DNA of 53,322 nt from an uncultured Methanosarcinales archaeon. Its GTDB lineage: Archaea > Nanobdellota > Nanobdellia > Woesearchaeales > GW2011-AR4. This document shows, piece after piece, positions 43,239 to 52,217 of the stretch (its first letter is position 1; every line of letters begins with the position of its first letter). The position numbers and the translations under genes were made by a program. The stretch lies in the NCBI GenBank assembly GCA_964611745.1, contig CAZTBE010000004.1, positions 1 through 53,322 on the forward strand. The letters run 5' to 3'. The notes beneath the pieces were generated by a model. That model was given only the letters and a program-made list of their open reading frames with translations, ran no database searches and had not been told where the DNA came from.

Positions 43239-43239
43239 C

Positions 43240-44544
43240 CTAAAAACTCTTTACATGCTCAATCCTTTTCTGAATCAATTCCTTGGTCCCAATATCTTTC
43301 CTATGAAAGACTTTGCCTTTAACATTAGAAACAGCTTCTTCAGCAATCTTTTCAGCTTCTTCCAAATTACTTCCAACACCTAAAAATGCTATTGCCCTAG
43401 AACCAGTCATGTACAATCCATCATTCTTTTGCTCAACAGAAGCATAATACATATTTCCTTTTTTAATTTTTGAAACTTCTATTTTTTCATCTTTTACTGG
43501 ATTGTCTGGATAACCGTCAGGAACAACATATTTGCAGACAGTTGCTTTCTTATCAAACGTAATTTTAACTCTATCCAGTTCCTGCACAATTATGGCTTGA
43601 CACAAACTTACGAAATCTGTTTTAAGCAACGGTAAAACATTCATAGCCTCTGGATCTCCAAACCTTGCATTATACTCTATTAATTTAACTCCCTCTTTTG
43701 TTAAAATAAAGCCACCATACATAACACCTTTGTAATAAAGCCCTGTTTCTTGATTAATTGCTTCAGCAACCTTCTTTGTTATTTCTAATGCTTTCTTAAC
43801 ATGCTCTTTTTTGAGAAATGGCAATAAATGATTCTCACAGGAATAAGAACCCATGCCTCCAGTATTAGGGCCCTTATCATCTTCATAAGCCCTTTTATGG
43901 TCTTGAACTGGTGGAGTTGCAACAACTGTTTTTCCATCAGTTAAGCATTGCAATGAAAATTCTTCTCCATCAAGCTTTTCCTCAACTATTACAGAAGCAT
44001 GAGTTTCCAAAACCTCTTTACAATATGCAACAGCTTCTTCTTCTGTATTAAAATGATCTCCTTGCACCCTAACCCCTTTACCGCCAGTCAAGCCATCCGG
44101 CTTTACTACAACTTCTTCAATTTCATTTAAAAAATCATCAATTTTATTTAAATTATTTTTATTAAAAACCTTAAACTTAGGATTTCCCTCAATATTATAT
44201 TTCTTTAACAATTCTCTTGTAAAGGATTTGCTTGTCTCTAATCTTGCCATTAGCTTTGTAGGCCCTATAGAAGGAATACCAATATCTTGCAAAGCATCAA
44301 CTACACCCTCATTTAATGGATCTTCCGGACCAATAAAAGCAAAACCAATTTTATTTTTTTGAGCAAATTCTTTTATCGACTCTAAATCAGAATAAGAACC
44401 AACCTCAATTTTTTCAGATAATAAGGCAATTCCAGGATTTTTAGATTTCATATAAGAATATAACTTTGCATCTTTATTTTTCTTTAGGGTTTCAGCTATT
44501 ACATTCTCTCTCGCGCCATGCCCAATTAGGAGTATATTTGTCAT
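43240..44544 (-). CDS. purD: Phosphoribosylamine--glycine ligase
   Basis: MTNILLIGHGARE is the typical N-terminus. The ATP-grasp core includes VVKPDGLTGGKGV and EYNARFGDPE. Confidence 0.95.
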   Translation of the reverse strand: MTNILLIGHGARENVIAETLKKNKDAKLYSYMKSKNPGIALLSEKIEVGSYSDLESIKEFAQKNKIGFAFIGPEDPLNEGVVDALQDIGIPSIGPTKLMARLETSKSFTRELLKKYNIEGNPKFKVFNKNNLNKIDDFLNEIEEVVVKPDGLTGGKGVRVQGDHFNTEEEAVAYCKEVLETHASVIVEEKLDGEEFSLQCLTDGKTVVATPPVQDHKRAYEDDKGPNTGGMGSYSCENHLLPFLKKEHVKKALEITKKVAEAINQETGLYYKGVMYGGFILTKEGVKLIEYNARFGDPEAMNVLPLLKTDFVSLCQAIIVQELDRVKITFDKKATVCKYVVPDGYPDNPVKDEKIEVSKIKKGNMYYASVEQKNDGLYMTGSRAIAFLGVGSNLEEAEKIAEEAVSNVKGKVFHRKDIGTKELIQKRIEHVKSF

Positions 44545-44857
44545 TCAACCACCCAATTAATATTAAATTATTCAACTCCCTTTAAATTATTTATGTTACA
44601 TTAAGTATATTAAAATTATTTTTATTGATTTTTTTTGAATTGATTAATCATTGTTTTATTAATATTGAATTTATTTTTTAATTGATTTTTTTAATTATTG
44701 AATTATTTTACTATTGATTTATGTATTAATAACGAGTTTTATTATTTAATTGTATTCTTTTCAATATAGCAATTATCTAATTTTATATAATTTATATAAA
44801 TTCCAAAAAAGGGAAATATTTAAATAGTCTAAGCCTATATAAGCAATTGGGGGTAAA
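44545..44857. repeat. T-rich low-complexity intergenic spacer of the TTAATTATTG family (divergent purD/purF region)
   Basis: TTAATTATTGAAT lies at 44691-44703. TTTATTGAT, AATATTGAAT and TAATTGAT units recur. The + strand stays T-rich until ~44780. Confidence 0.5.
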
Positions 44858-46414
44858 ATGCTGGATGATGTTCATGAAGAGTGCGGTGTCTGCGCTGTTT
44901 ATATAAAAGAGAATGGAGATGCTGCCAATAAAGCCTTATTCTACCTATATAAGTTAATGCTGAATCTACAAAATCGAGGCCAGCTAAGTGCCGGTATTAC
45001 AACCTATAATCCAAAAAGACCCCAGCTATTAGACACCCATAAGGATTTAGGTCATGTTAACGAGGTATTCAGGACAAGCAACAAGGAAGAGAGTTTTAAG
45101 ATTTTTAAAAGATATGCCAGCAACAAAGGAATTGGGCATGTAAGATATGCAACTTCCGGTAGTGAAGAAAGGGGTGTTGCTCAGCCATTTGAAAGGCATC
45201 ATGGAAAAAAATGGAAATGGTTTGCTTTTGGTTTTAATGGAACTCTGGCAAATTATGCAGAATTGAAGAAACAACTTTTAGCTAGTGGAGAGTATCATTT
45301 AACTTATGAAAACGATACTGAAATTATGATGCATTACCTTTCTTTGGAATTAAGAATGAAAAAAAAGCCTAATCTTGTAAAAGTTTTTTCTAATTTAGCA
45401 CAAAAATTTGATGGTTGTTATAATATTACTTTTATTAACGCAGAAGGAGAAATTGCAGTTGTCCGAGACCCATACGGTTTTAGGCCTCTTGTTTATGGCT
45501 TCAGCAAAGACAAAAAGGTATTCATGGCTGCTTCTGAATCTGTTGCTTTGATAAATTGCGGGATACATGATATAAAGCCATTACAGCCAGGATATATGGT
45601 TCATATCCATAATGGGAATATAGAAGTTGAAAAATATACAGACAGTAAAAGAACCGCGCATTGTATGTTTGAATGGGTCTATTTCTCAAATGTCAGCTCA
45701 GTTTTGGATAATAAATCAGTGTACCTTACAAGAACAAATTTAGGCAAAGAACTGGCAAAACTCGAAACTCAAAAAATAGATAAGGACTTTATTGCTGTTC
45801 CTGTTCCAGATACTGCAAAGGCAGCAGGAGACGCACTTGCTTATGAGCTTGGAATTCCCTCTAGAGAAGGGATTATAAGGAACAGGTATGTTGGAAGGAC
45901 ATTTATAGAAGGCTCCTCGAGGAATGATAAGGTATCTAATAAATATACTGCATTAAAGGACGTCATGAAAGGAAAAAAGATTTTTCTTATTGATGACAGT
46001 GTTGTTAGGGGCAATACAACAAAACAACTGGTAAAATATTTAAAAGAAGAAGGCGGTGCAAAAGAAGTGCATATAAGGATTACTTGTCCGCCAATTAGGG
46101 GCCCTTGCTTCTATGGCATTGATATGTCAACTGTTTCTGAGCTTCTTGTCCCAGGATACGAAAAAAAACCGGTTTCTGGCAACATCAGCAAAGAAACTTG
46201 CCAAAAAATTGCAAAAGATATGAGAGCAGATTCATTGATTTATCAAACAGTAGAAGGATTGGTAAGATCAATCGGACTGCCAAAAAATGATCTATGCACA
46301 GCATGCATCACCAACGATTACCCCACACTATGGGGCAAAAAACTCTTTAAGCAAGCATGGGAAAACTACCATAAAGGCATTATTAAGGAAAGGACATATT
46401 CAGTTAAGTGTTAA
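44858..46414 (+). CDS. purF: Amidophosphoribosyltransferase
   Basis: A short propeptide precedes the Ntn cysteine (HEECGVCAV). The PRTase motif is IFLIDDSVVRGNT. C-terminal cysteines (CFYGID, CTAC) are consistent with an Fe-S type enzyme. Confidence 0.95.
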   Translation: MLDDVHEECGVCAVYIKENGDAANKALFYLYKLMLNLQNRGQLSAGITTYNPKRPQLLDTHKDLGHVNEVFRTSNKEESFKIFKRYASNKGIGHVRYATSGSEERGVAQPFERHHGKKWKWFAFGFNGTLANYAELKKQLLASGEYHLTYENDTEIMMHYLSLELRMKKKPNLVKVFSNLAQKFDGCYNITFINAEGEIAVVRDPYGFRPLVYGFSKDKKVFMAASESVALINCGIHDIKPLQPGYMVHIHNGNIEVEKYTDSKRTAHCMFEWVYFSNVSSVLDNKSVYLTRTNLGKELAKLETQKIDKDFIAVPVPDTAKAAGDALAYELGIPSREGIIRNRYVGRTFIEGSSRNDKVSNKYTALKDVMKGKKIFLIDDSVVRGNTTKQLVKYLKEEGGAKEVHIRITCPPIRGPCFYGIDMSTVSELLVPGYEKKPVSGNISKETCQKIAKDMRADSLIYQTVEGLVRSIGLPKNDLCTACITNDYPTLWGKKLFKQAWENYHKGIIKERTYSVKC

Positions 46415-46437
46415 GCATTATTATTGATTTTCTTATG

Positions 46438-46599
46438 GGCTCTGTCCTAAATGAAGGTTGCCATCAATTTGTGAGCACCTTTTTGCTAAACATTGAGCTG
46501 ACAAGAGGGATGGCTCCTACGGAGAATGTCAGCCTTAACTTGCAATATTAAGTGCGAACCGATGGCAACCCAAGCGTTAGCGAGATTTAGGACAGAGCC
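46438..46599. mobile_element. MITE-like GC-rich palindromic insertion (element B)
   Basis: Perfect 15-bp terminal inverted repeats pair GGCTCTGTCCTAAAT (46438-46452) with ATTTAGGACAGAGCC (46585-46599). A second perfect 10-bp stem pairs 46456-46465 with 46561-46570. Identical 9-bp flanks TTTCTTATG lie at 46429-46437 and 46600-46608. Confidence 0.65.
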
Positions 46600-46644
46600 T
46601 TTCTTATGGTAAAATTTTAATATTAGTCTTGTATTTTATTGGCA

Positions 46645-47286
46645 ATGGTGCAAAAAACAGAGCTTATGGATTTTTGGAAGGAAAATTTGGGTTTGAAGGA
46701 AATAGAGCTTAAAGCATTTAAGGATGTTAACAGGGAAGATTTTATTCCTGAAAATTTTAAGGATAGGGCATATGATGACAATCCCTTGCCAATACTTAGG
46801 GGAAAGACAATTTCTCAGCCTACAACAGTTATGATGATGACGCATGCTTTGGAGCTGAAGCCAGGAGAAAAAGTTTTTGAAATTGGCGCAGGTTCCGGCT
46901 ACCAATCAGCGATAATTGCAAAAATTGTTGGAGAGAAAGGGCGCGTTGTAACTACAGAGATTGTACCAGAACTTATAAGTTTTGCAAGACAAAACCTTGC
47001 CAAGGCAAACATAAAAAATGTTGAAATTTATGAAGATGACGGCTCAAATGGCATGGTAAAAGAAGCGCCTTTCGACAAAATAATCATTACCGCAGCATGC
47101 AAAGAATTCCCAAAACCTTTATTAGAGCAACTAAAGCCAGAGGGAATCATAGTAGGCCCTGTTGGAAATAAACACGAGCAGGAAATGGTCAGAGGAACCA
47201 AAGACAAAAACGGCAAATTAGGATTAGAATTCTTAGGGCCTTTTTTATTCTCCCCAATGTATGGGAAGTACGGGTTTGAGGATTGA
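46645..47286 (+). CDS. pcm: Protein-L-isoaspartate O-methyltransferase
   Basis: ISQPTTVMMM and EIGAGSGYQSAI are Pcm motifs. The ATG at 46645 is preferred over the listed TTG at 46639. Confidence 0.9.
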   Translation: MVQKTELMDFWKENLGLKEIELKAFKDVNREDFIPENFKDRAYDDNPLPILRGKTISQPTTVMMMTHALELKPGEKVFEIGAGSGYQSAIIAKIVGEKGRVVTTEIVPELISFARQNLAKANIKNVEIYEDDGSNGMVKEAPFDKIIITAACKEFPKPLLEQLKPEGIIVGPVGNKHEQEMVRGTKDKNGKLGLEFLGPFLFSPMYGKYGFED

Positions 47287-47391
47287 TAATTTTGTTAATA
47301 AAACTCAAATTTTGATTTAAGTATATGTTTAGAAAATCTTAATATTCAAAATGGGCATTTTTATCAATGATAAATTCAGATATATATTTAT

Positions 47392-48465
47392 ATGAAATGT
47401 TCACTTAAGCAATATATGATATTTGATAACAAATCATTTCGATATAGAAATTTTAGAGGACTAGACTTCAATTTAGTAATAGTCATTGATAAAGAATTAC
47501 TCGTAATTTTTAATGAAGACAAGATTCAACTTCTTGAAAATGAATTATATATGATTTTTAAGAATCATCCGCAGTTTATTGAAGAGGGAATGAAAGTTGG
47601 AATTAGCATACTTGATGAGAAGCAATTTCCTTATTACGCTCAAATTAGGCATTGGAAAAAGCCAGATTTAAAAAAATGTCATGTGAATATTAATGCTCAG
47701 TTCTTTATTCAGAATCCAAATAAGATGTATCAGGTATTAGTTCATGAAATAACTCACTGGCATGATCGAGCTGTCAGTTCACGTTGGATGCAATCTCACA
47801 TGGTTTCAGAACACGTTGAAGTTAATTTAATTAGCATGATTTTGCATAGTTTACGAAATGAAGCTTTTGCAAATCTTAGAATGTTCTATGCAAAAGCAGA
47901 GGAAAATCAACTCTTTGACAATAAACCCCACAGAATTATTTATATAGGGGCCGGTGTTGACGTGGATATGGACTACCTTTCTTATGTTCGGGAATTTAAA
48001 GTAAAATTGTTGCATATCAAGAAAGAATTATTGCAAAGCCAAAATTCAAGTGAAGACATTCTGAAGTGGGTGACTGAAAATCATAGATTTGCATATTTTC
48101 TTGGAGCAATGATGTTTTATTTGATTTTGTTTTATAATATGGCTAGGAATCATCAATCAGAACAAATTCAAATATTCTTAGATAAAAAACAAACAAAAAG
48201 GATTGATGTAAATCATATCGGGAAATATTTACATAGAAAGAGGCTATATTTTGGAAAAGTTCCATTGAATACTTTTGAGTTTACTTTTAATGAAGTAAAA
48301 AAAATGAGACCAGCAAAGTTTTTTATTTTGTATTTGGAATCCTGTAAAAAATTTGGCTTATACCGCAACAATTTGCTAATTTTTGAAGAGCCAGAAATTG
48401 AACTCATTTTGAAACATAGAAATGAAATCGATAAGGAACTAGAATGGCGAAATCCTTTCCAATAA
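47392..48465 (+). CDS. Hypothetical protein with an HExxH zinc-metallopeptidase-like motif
   Basis: A single HExxH motif is present (LVHEITHWHD). No other recognisable domains, signal peptide or TM helix are seen. Confidence 0.35.
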   Translation: MKCSLKQYMIFDNKSFRYRNFRGLDFNLVIVIDKELLVIFNEDKIQLLENELYMIFKNHPQFIEEGMKVGISILDEKQFPYYAQIRHWKKPDLKKCHVNINAQFFIQNPNKMYQVLVHEITHWHDRAVSSRWMQSHMVSEHVEVNLISMILHSLRNEAFANLRMFYAKAEENQLFDNKPHRIIYIGAGVDVDMDYLSYVREFKVKLLHIKKELLQSQNSSEDILKWVTENHRFAYFLGAMMFYLILFYNMARNHQSEQIQIFLDKKQTKRIDVNHIGKYLHRKRLYFGKVPLNTFEFTFNEVKKMRPAKFFILYLESCKKFGLYRNNLLIFEEPEIELILKHRNEIDKELEWRNPFQ

Positions 48466-48516
48466 AATACACTACTAAACTCTTTTTTCTCAAAAAAATT
48501 TTATGAGCTTTCCAAC

Positions 48517-50061
48517 TCACTCATACTCAATAGTAGCCGGAGGTTTCTGACTTACATCATACAAAACCCTAGCAACACCTTTAACTTCATTAATAATCCT
48601 GGAAGAAATCTTTTCTAAAAGCCAGTAAGGCAATCGAGCCCAGTCTGCTGTCATTGCATCTTTGCTAGTAACTGCCCTTAATGTTATAATGTACTCATAA
48701 GTTCTTGCATCACCCATTACACCAACTGCTTTTACAGGAAGCAAAGCAGCAAAAGCCTGCCATGTCTTATCATAATAACCATTCTTCTTCAACTCTTCAA
48801 TAAAAATAAAATCAGCATTCCTCAAAATCTCTAATCTCTCTTTAGTAACTTCTCCTAAAATTCTTATTGCTAAACCAGGTCCAGGAAAAGGATGCCTGGA
48901 AATACTCTCTTTAGGAATCTTAAGCTCCTTACCTAATTTTCTTACCTCATCCTTGTAAAACTCTCGTAAAGGCTCAACAACCTTCAATTTCATTTTCTCA
49001 GGCAAAGCAACATTATGATGGCTTTTTATTCTGTCTGCCTGCTTACTAGGTTTTCCTGTCTCAATCCTGTCAGGATAAATAGTTCCCTGCCCTAAAAACT
49101 TTATTTTCGGATTTTTTTTCTCAAGCTCCAAAACTTTCTTCTCAAAAACCTCTATGAAAGTATGCGCAATGATCTTTCTTTTTTGTTCAGGATCGACAAC
49201 TTTTCTTAACCTTTCTAAAAACAATTTAGAAGCATCCGCCATGTAAAAATGCTTGAATTTGAATTTCTTAAATGCCTTTTTAACCTCTACTGCCTCGTTC
49301 TTCCTTATTAATCCATGATCAATAAAAACACAATAAATTCTGTCCCTAATAGCTTCCTGTATCAAAACAGCAGCAACAGTGCTGTCAACACCTCCAGAAG
49401 TGCCCATTATTACATAATCATTTTTTACGTTCTTTTTTATCTCACTTACCAAACTATTTTTTAAACTGCCAAAAAACCAGTCTTTCTCAGCTTTGCAGAT
49501 ATCAAAAACAAAATTTTTTAATATCTGATTTCCTTTTGGTGTATGAACAACCTCTGGATGGAATTGAACACCATACAATTTTTTATCATCATTTTCCACA
49601 GCAGCTATTTTGCAGGTATCTGTTTTTCCCAAAACCTCAAAATCTTTAGGTAAAGAAGCAACTAAGTCACCATGCGACATCCATATTTGTTCTTTTTTAT
49701 TCAAGCCTCTAAGTAATTTCCCATTATTTTTTACTGATAAACTTTTCTTGCCAAACTCTTTCAGCTTTCCAGGAAGAACCTTGCCATACTCCTTCCCAAT
49801 TAACTGCAAACCATAACAAATACCTAAAACAGGAATCCCCAAAGAAAAGATTTTCTTATCCAATAAAGGACTGTTTTTTTCATAAACAGAAGCAGGACCG
49901 CCAGAAAGAATAATTCCTTTTGGTTTAAGCCTTTTTATCTCATTTACACTTATATCAAACGGCTTTATCTCCGAATAAACTCCAAGCTCCCTGATTCTTC
50001 TAGCAATAAGATGGACTACTTGTGATCCGAAATTTATTACTAATATTTGAGTCATTTTCAA
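48517..50061 (-). CDS. guaA: GMP synthase (glutamine-hydrolysing), fused GATase + ATP-pyrophosphatase form
   Basis: The GATase catalytic Cys lies in GICYGLQLI, the PP-loop is SGGVDS, and the C-terminal end is PPATIEYE. Confidence 0.95.
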   Translation of the reverse strand: MKMTQILVINFGSQVVHLIARRIRELGVYSEIKPFDISVNEIKRLKPKGIILSGGPASVYEKNSPLLDKKIFSLGIPVLGICYGLQLIGKEYGKVLPGKLKEFGKKSLSVKNNGKLLRGLNKKEQIWMSHGDLVASLPKDFEVLGKTDTCKIAAVENDDKKLYGVQFHPEVVHTPKGNQILKNFVFDICKAEKDWFFGSLKNSLVSEIKKNVKNDYVIMGTSGGVDSTVAAVLIQEAIRDRIYCVFIDHGLIRKNEAVEVKKAFKKFKFKHFYMADASKLFLERLRKVVDPEQKRKIIAHTFIEVFEKKVLELEKKNPKIKFLGQGTIYPDRIETGKPSKQADRIKSHHNVALPEKMKLKVVEPLREFYKDEVRKLGKELKIPKESISRHPFPGPGLAIRILGEVTKERLEILRNADFIFIEELKKNGYYDKTWQAFAALLPVKAVGVMGDARTYEYIITLRAVTSKDAMTADWARLPYWLLEKISSRIINEVKGVARVLYDVSQKPPATIEYE

Positions 50062-50128
50062 TTATTCTTTTATTAATTATAACTATCTTTTTCATTGAAT
50101 TTATTTTTTATTGAAATTAAAATTGTTT

Positions 50129-51256
50129 TTATGTACATATTAAATCTAATTTATCCCCATCTGCCGCTTTCTTTACTTCCATTGCAATCCTTTCACCAAC
50201 AGAGATTGATTTTTGATACAAATAACCAGAGTAAGGCGTAAACATTGTTCCAGGACTTCCGGGAATCCTCATTGAAACATCAAATATTACAATATCTTCT
50301 TTGCCTTCCTCAGCTACAACAGCACCCTGCAAAGCAAAAGGCCCAATAATTCCGGGCTTATTCAATTTTTTAGTAGCATTAACAAACTTTTCCCCAATAT
50401 CAAATATTTTCTCCAGTAAAGATTCTTTTACTGTAACAGCAACATGCCCTGTTTCTATCATTTTGGGCTTAATAAACTTCAAAGCAGCTAATTGGTCTAT
50501 AGCCGGCATCCTTAACAATCCATCCAAATTTGTCTGCCTACGAGTATCAGTTCCCATCAACTCTAATTCATCAGTTAAAGGACTGTAAAAATAATTGAAA
50601 TTAACATGAGCGCCAACAGCATATTCTTCTATTACAGCTTTTTTCAAGCCTTCTTTGGTAATAACCTTCTTCTTTAACAACTCCTTTGATTTCTCTTTGT
50701 AAGTTTTATAGTTATTAGCCAAAAAGAATGCCCTTTCATAACCTCTTTTTGCTTCTGCAACCTTAACAATAACAGTTCTATTAATTTTTTTAGCATCCTT
50801 AAAGATTTTAGGAATCCTTATTCCGGCTTTCTGCAAAATATAATATTGGTTTTTAGGAATATCTCTTTCCTCTAACTTTAACATGCTTCTTGTTCCAAGT
50901 ATAGGCACCAGAAATTTATTTTCAATTTCCTTAAAATTACAGTAAACCCAGAAATACCTGTTGTGCATGAAAATTGTATTTAATTCCAATAACCTTCTCT
51001 CTACATCCTTTTTAACAATATCCTTAAATTTATCCACAATAATAATTTCATCTATTATGCCTTTATCATCCCTTGTCTTATAGTATTTTTCATACGTCTT
51101 TTCCCTACCTTTCTGGCAAACAACAACTGTCCTAAAGCCATTAAGTTTAGCCCCTCTACAAACATCTAAAGCAGAATGCCCTCCAAGAGTGCCAATAGTT
51201 AAATTCTTCTTATCATACTTGCTTAATATTTTTTTAATGTTTTCTTGCGTTATCAT
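50129..51256 (-). CDS. purP: FAICAR synthetase PurP (5-formaminoimidazole-4-carboxamide ribotide synthetase), paralog 1
   Basis: IGTLGGHSALDV is the PurP N-domain and an ATP-grasp C-domain follows. The start is set at MITQEN (ATG 51256-51254), which overlaps the upstream TGA (51255-51253) as ATGA. Confidence 0.8.
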   Translation of the reverse strand: MITQENIKKILSKYDKKNLTIGTLGGHSALDVCRGAKLNGFRTVVVCQKGREKTYEKYYKTRDDKGIIDEIIIVDKFKDIVKKDVERRLLELNTIFMHNRYFWVYCNFKEIENKFLVPILGTRSMLKLEERDIPKNQYYILQKAGIRIPKIFKDAKKINRTVIVKVAEAKRGYERAFFLANNYKTYKEKSKELLKKKVITKEGLKKAVIEEYAVGAHVNFNYFYSPLTDELELMGTDTRRQTNLDGLLRMPAIDQLAALKFIKPKMIETGHVAVTVKESLLEKIFDIGEKFVNATKKLNKPGIIGPFALQGAVVAEEGKEDIVIFDVSMRIPGSPGTMFTPYSGYLYQKSISVGERIAMEVKKAADGDKLDLICT

Positions 51257-52011
51257 TTTCCCCCAAATAAGGACATGAACCAATTAATTATAATCTTTAT
51301 TAGATCATCTTCTTCTTTAAGTATGGGTTCTGGTCCTGCATCTTCAAACTCAATCTTACTTTCCTTAGGTTGGGTTTTGCTTACTTCCGTTTGCTTCTGT
51401 TCTGCTTCATCTTCTTGCACACTATCCTCACTTATAGCTTCAATTGCATGCGAAGTTTCAACATTTTGTTCTTGGTTGTTTTCTTCCTGTTCGGATTCTT
51501 CATCAAAATCAATAGTTTCATACACTTTTCCTTCAAAATTATAAGAATCGTAATTTGACAAGACCTCTACGGCCTTTTTTATTCCATCGTCAGATAAGGC
51601 ATTTAGCACAACATGAAAATAGTCTCCAGACTCAAAAAACTCCAAAGTTGCTTTTCCTGCTTCCAAGCCATCATCACATGGGCTTGGATTCCCCAGTATT
51701 TCAGCACTAACATCATTATCGCAGGCATTCCCAATGCTTATTATGTTAGCATCTATCTCATCAACTTCCGAAGCAAGTTTCGACAGCCCTAAAATTTTTT
51801 TACCGATAAAATTCGTAAGCGAAAGGGTAATTTGTGCCTGGGCAATGGCATGAGAAGCAGGAGCTTTGTCCCCTACAACAACTATCACATCCAGATCTCC
51901 ATCATCAACAAAAAAATCAGGATAGTCTGAAAGATCTTCAGCTAAAGCAAATCCAGATAAAGCTACCAAAAACAATCCAACCAATACTATATCAATTTTT
52001 ACTTTAATCAT
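51253..52011 (-). CDS. Secreted acidic protein with an S-layer-protein-like N-terminal domain
   Basis: The signal peptide is MIKVKIDIVLVGLFLVALSGFALA. DLSDYPDFFVDDGDLDVIVVVGDKAPASHAIAQAQI resembles the N-terminus of archaeal S-layer proteins. The C-terminal half is highly acidic (E/D/Q). Confidence 0.45.
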   Translation of the reverse strand: MIKVKIDIVLVGLFLVALSGFALAEDLSDYPDFFVDDGDLDVIVVVGDKAPASHAIAQAQITLSLTNFIGKKILGLSKLASEVDEIDANIISIGNACDNDVSAEILGNPSPCDDGLEAGKATLEFFESGDYFHVVLNALSDDGIKKAVEVLSNYDSYNFEGKVYETIDFDEESEQEENNQEQNVETSHAIEAISEDSVQEDEAEQKQTEVSKTQPKESKIEFEDAGPEPILKEEDDLIKIIINWFMSLFGGK

Positions 52012-52217
52012 CTTTTTAAATTATCATTTCCATTCTTTTTAGTTTAATTTTATTTATTGAATTTTTTTATTATTGTATTATTTCATTAATTATTTTTCAA
52101 TTTATTATTTTTTATTATTAAATACCGATTAGTTTTTTATTGTATTTTTTAAATCAATTTTTAATTATTGAATTATTTTTTATTATTTTTAAATTATTGA
52201 ACTCCTAATCATTGCAC
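52012..52217. repeat. T-rich low-complexity intergenic spacer of the TTAATTATTG family
   Basis: TTAATTATTGAAT lies at 52161-52173. TTATTG occurs five times on the + strand (52054, 52070, 52137, 52165, 52194). Confidence 0.5.

Noticed and set aside
13479-46608. The GC-rich palindromic elements (A, B, C and the nitroreductase flanks) could be integron attC sites.
   Set aside because: I could not find the RYYYAAC / GTTRRRY core sites at the expected positions. There is no intI-like recombinase and no cassette array of promoterless ORFs. The 9-10 bp flanking duplications fit transposition rather than attC recombination.
995-50588. Numerous 60-130 aa antisense ORFs lie inside long genes. Examples are 995-1186, 1474-1740, 5513-5728, 6597-6956, 12980-13327, 17218-18576, 24263-25139, 27406-27978, 30241-30656, 35614-36345, 38083-38433 and 50301-50588.
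   Set aside because: All are embedded opposite well-supported conserved genes and translate to Ser/Phe/Leu-rich strings, as expected from the antisense of A-rich coding sequence. None has a recognisable motif.
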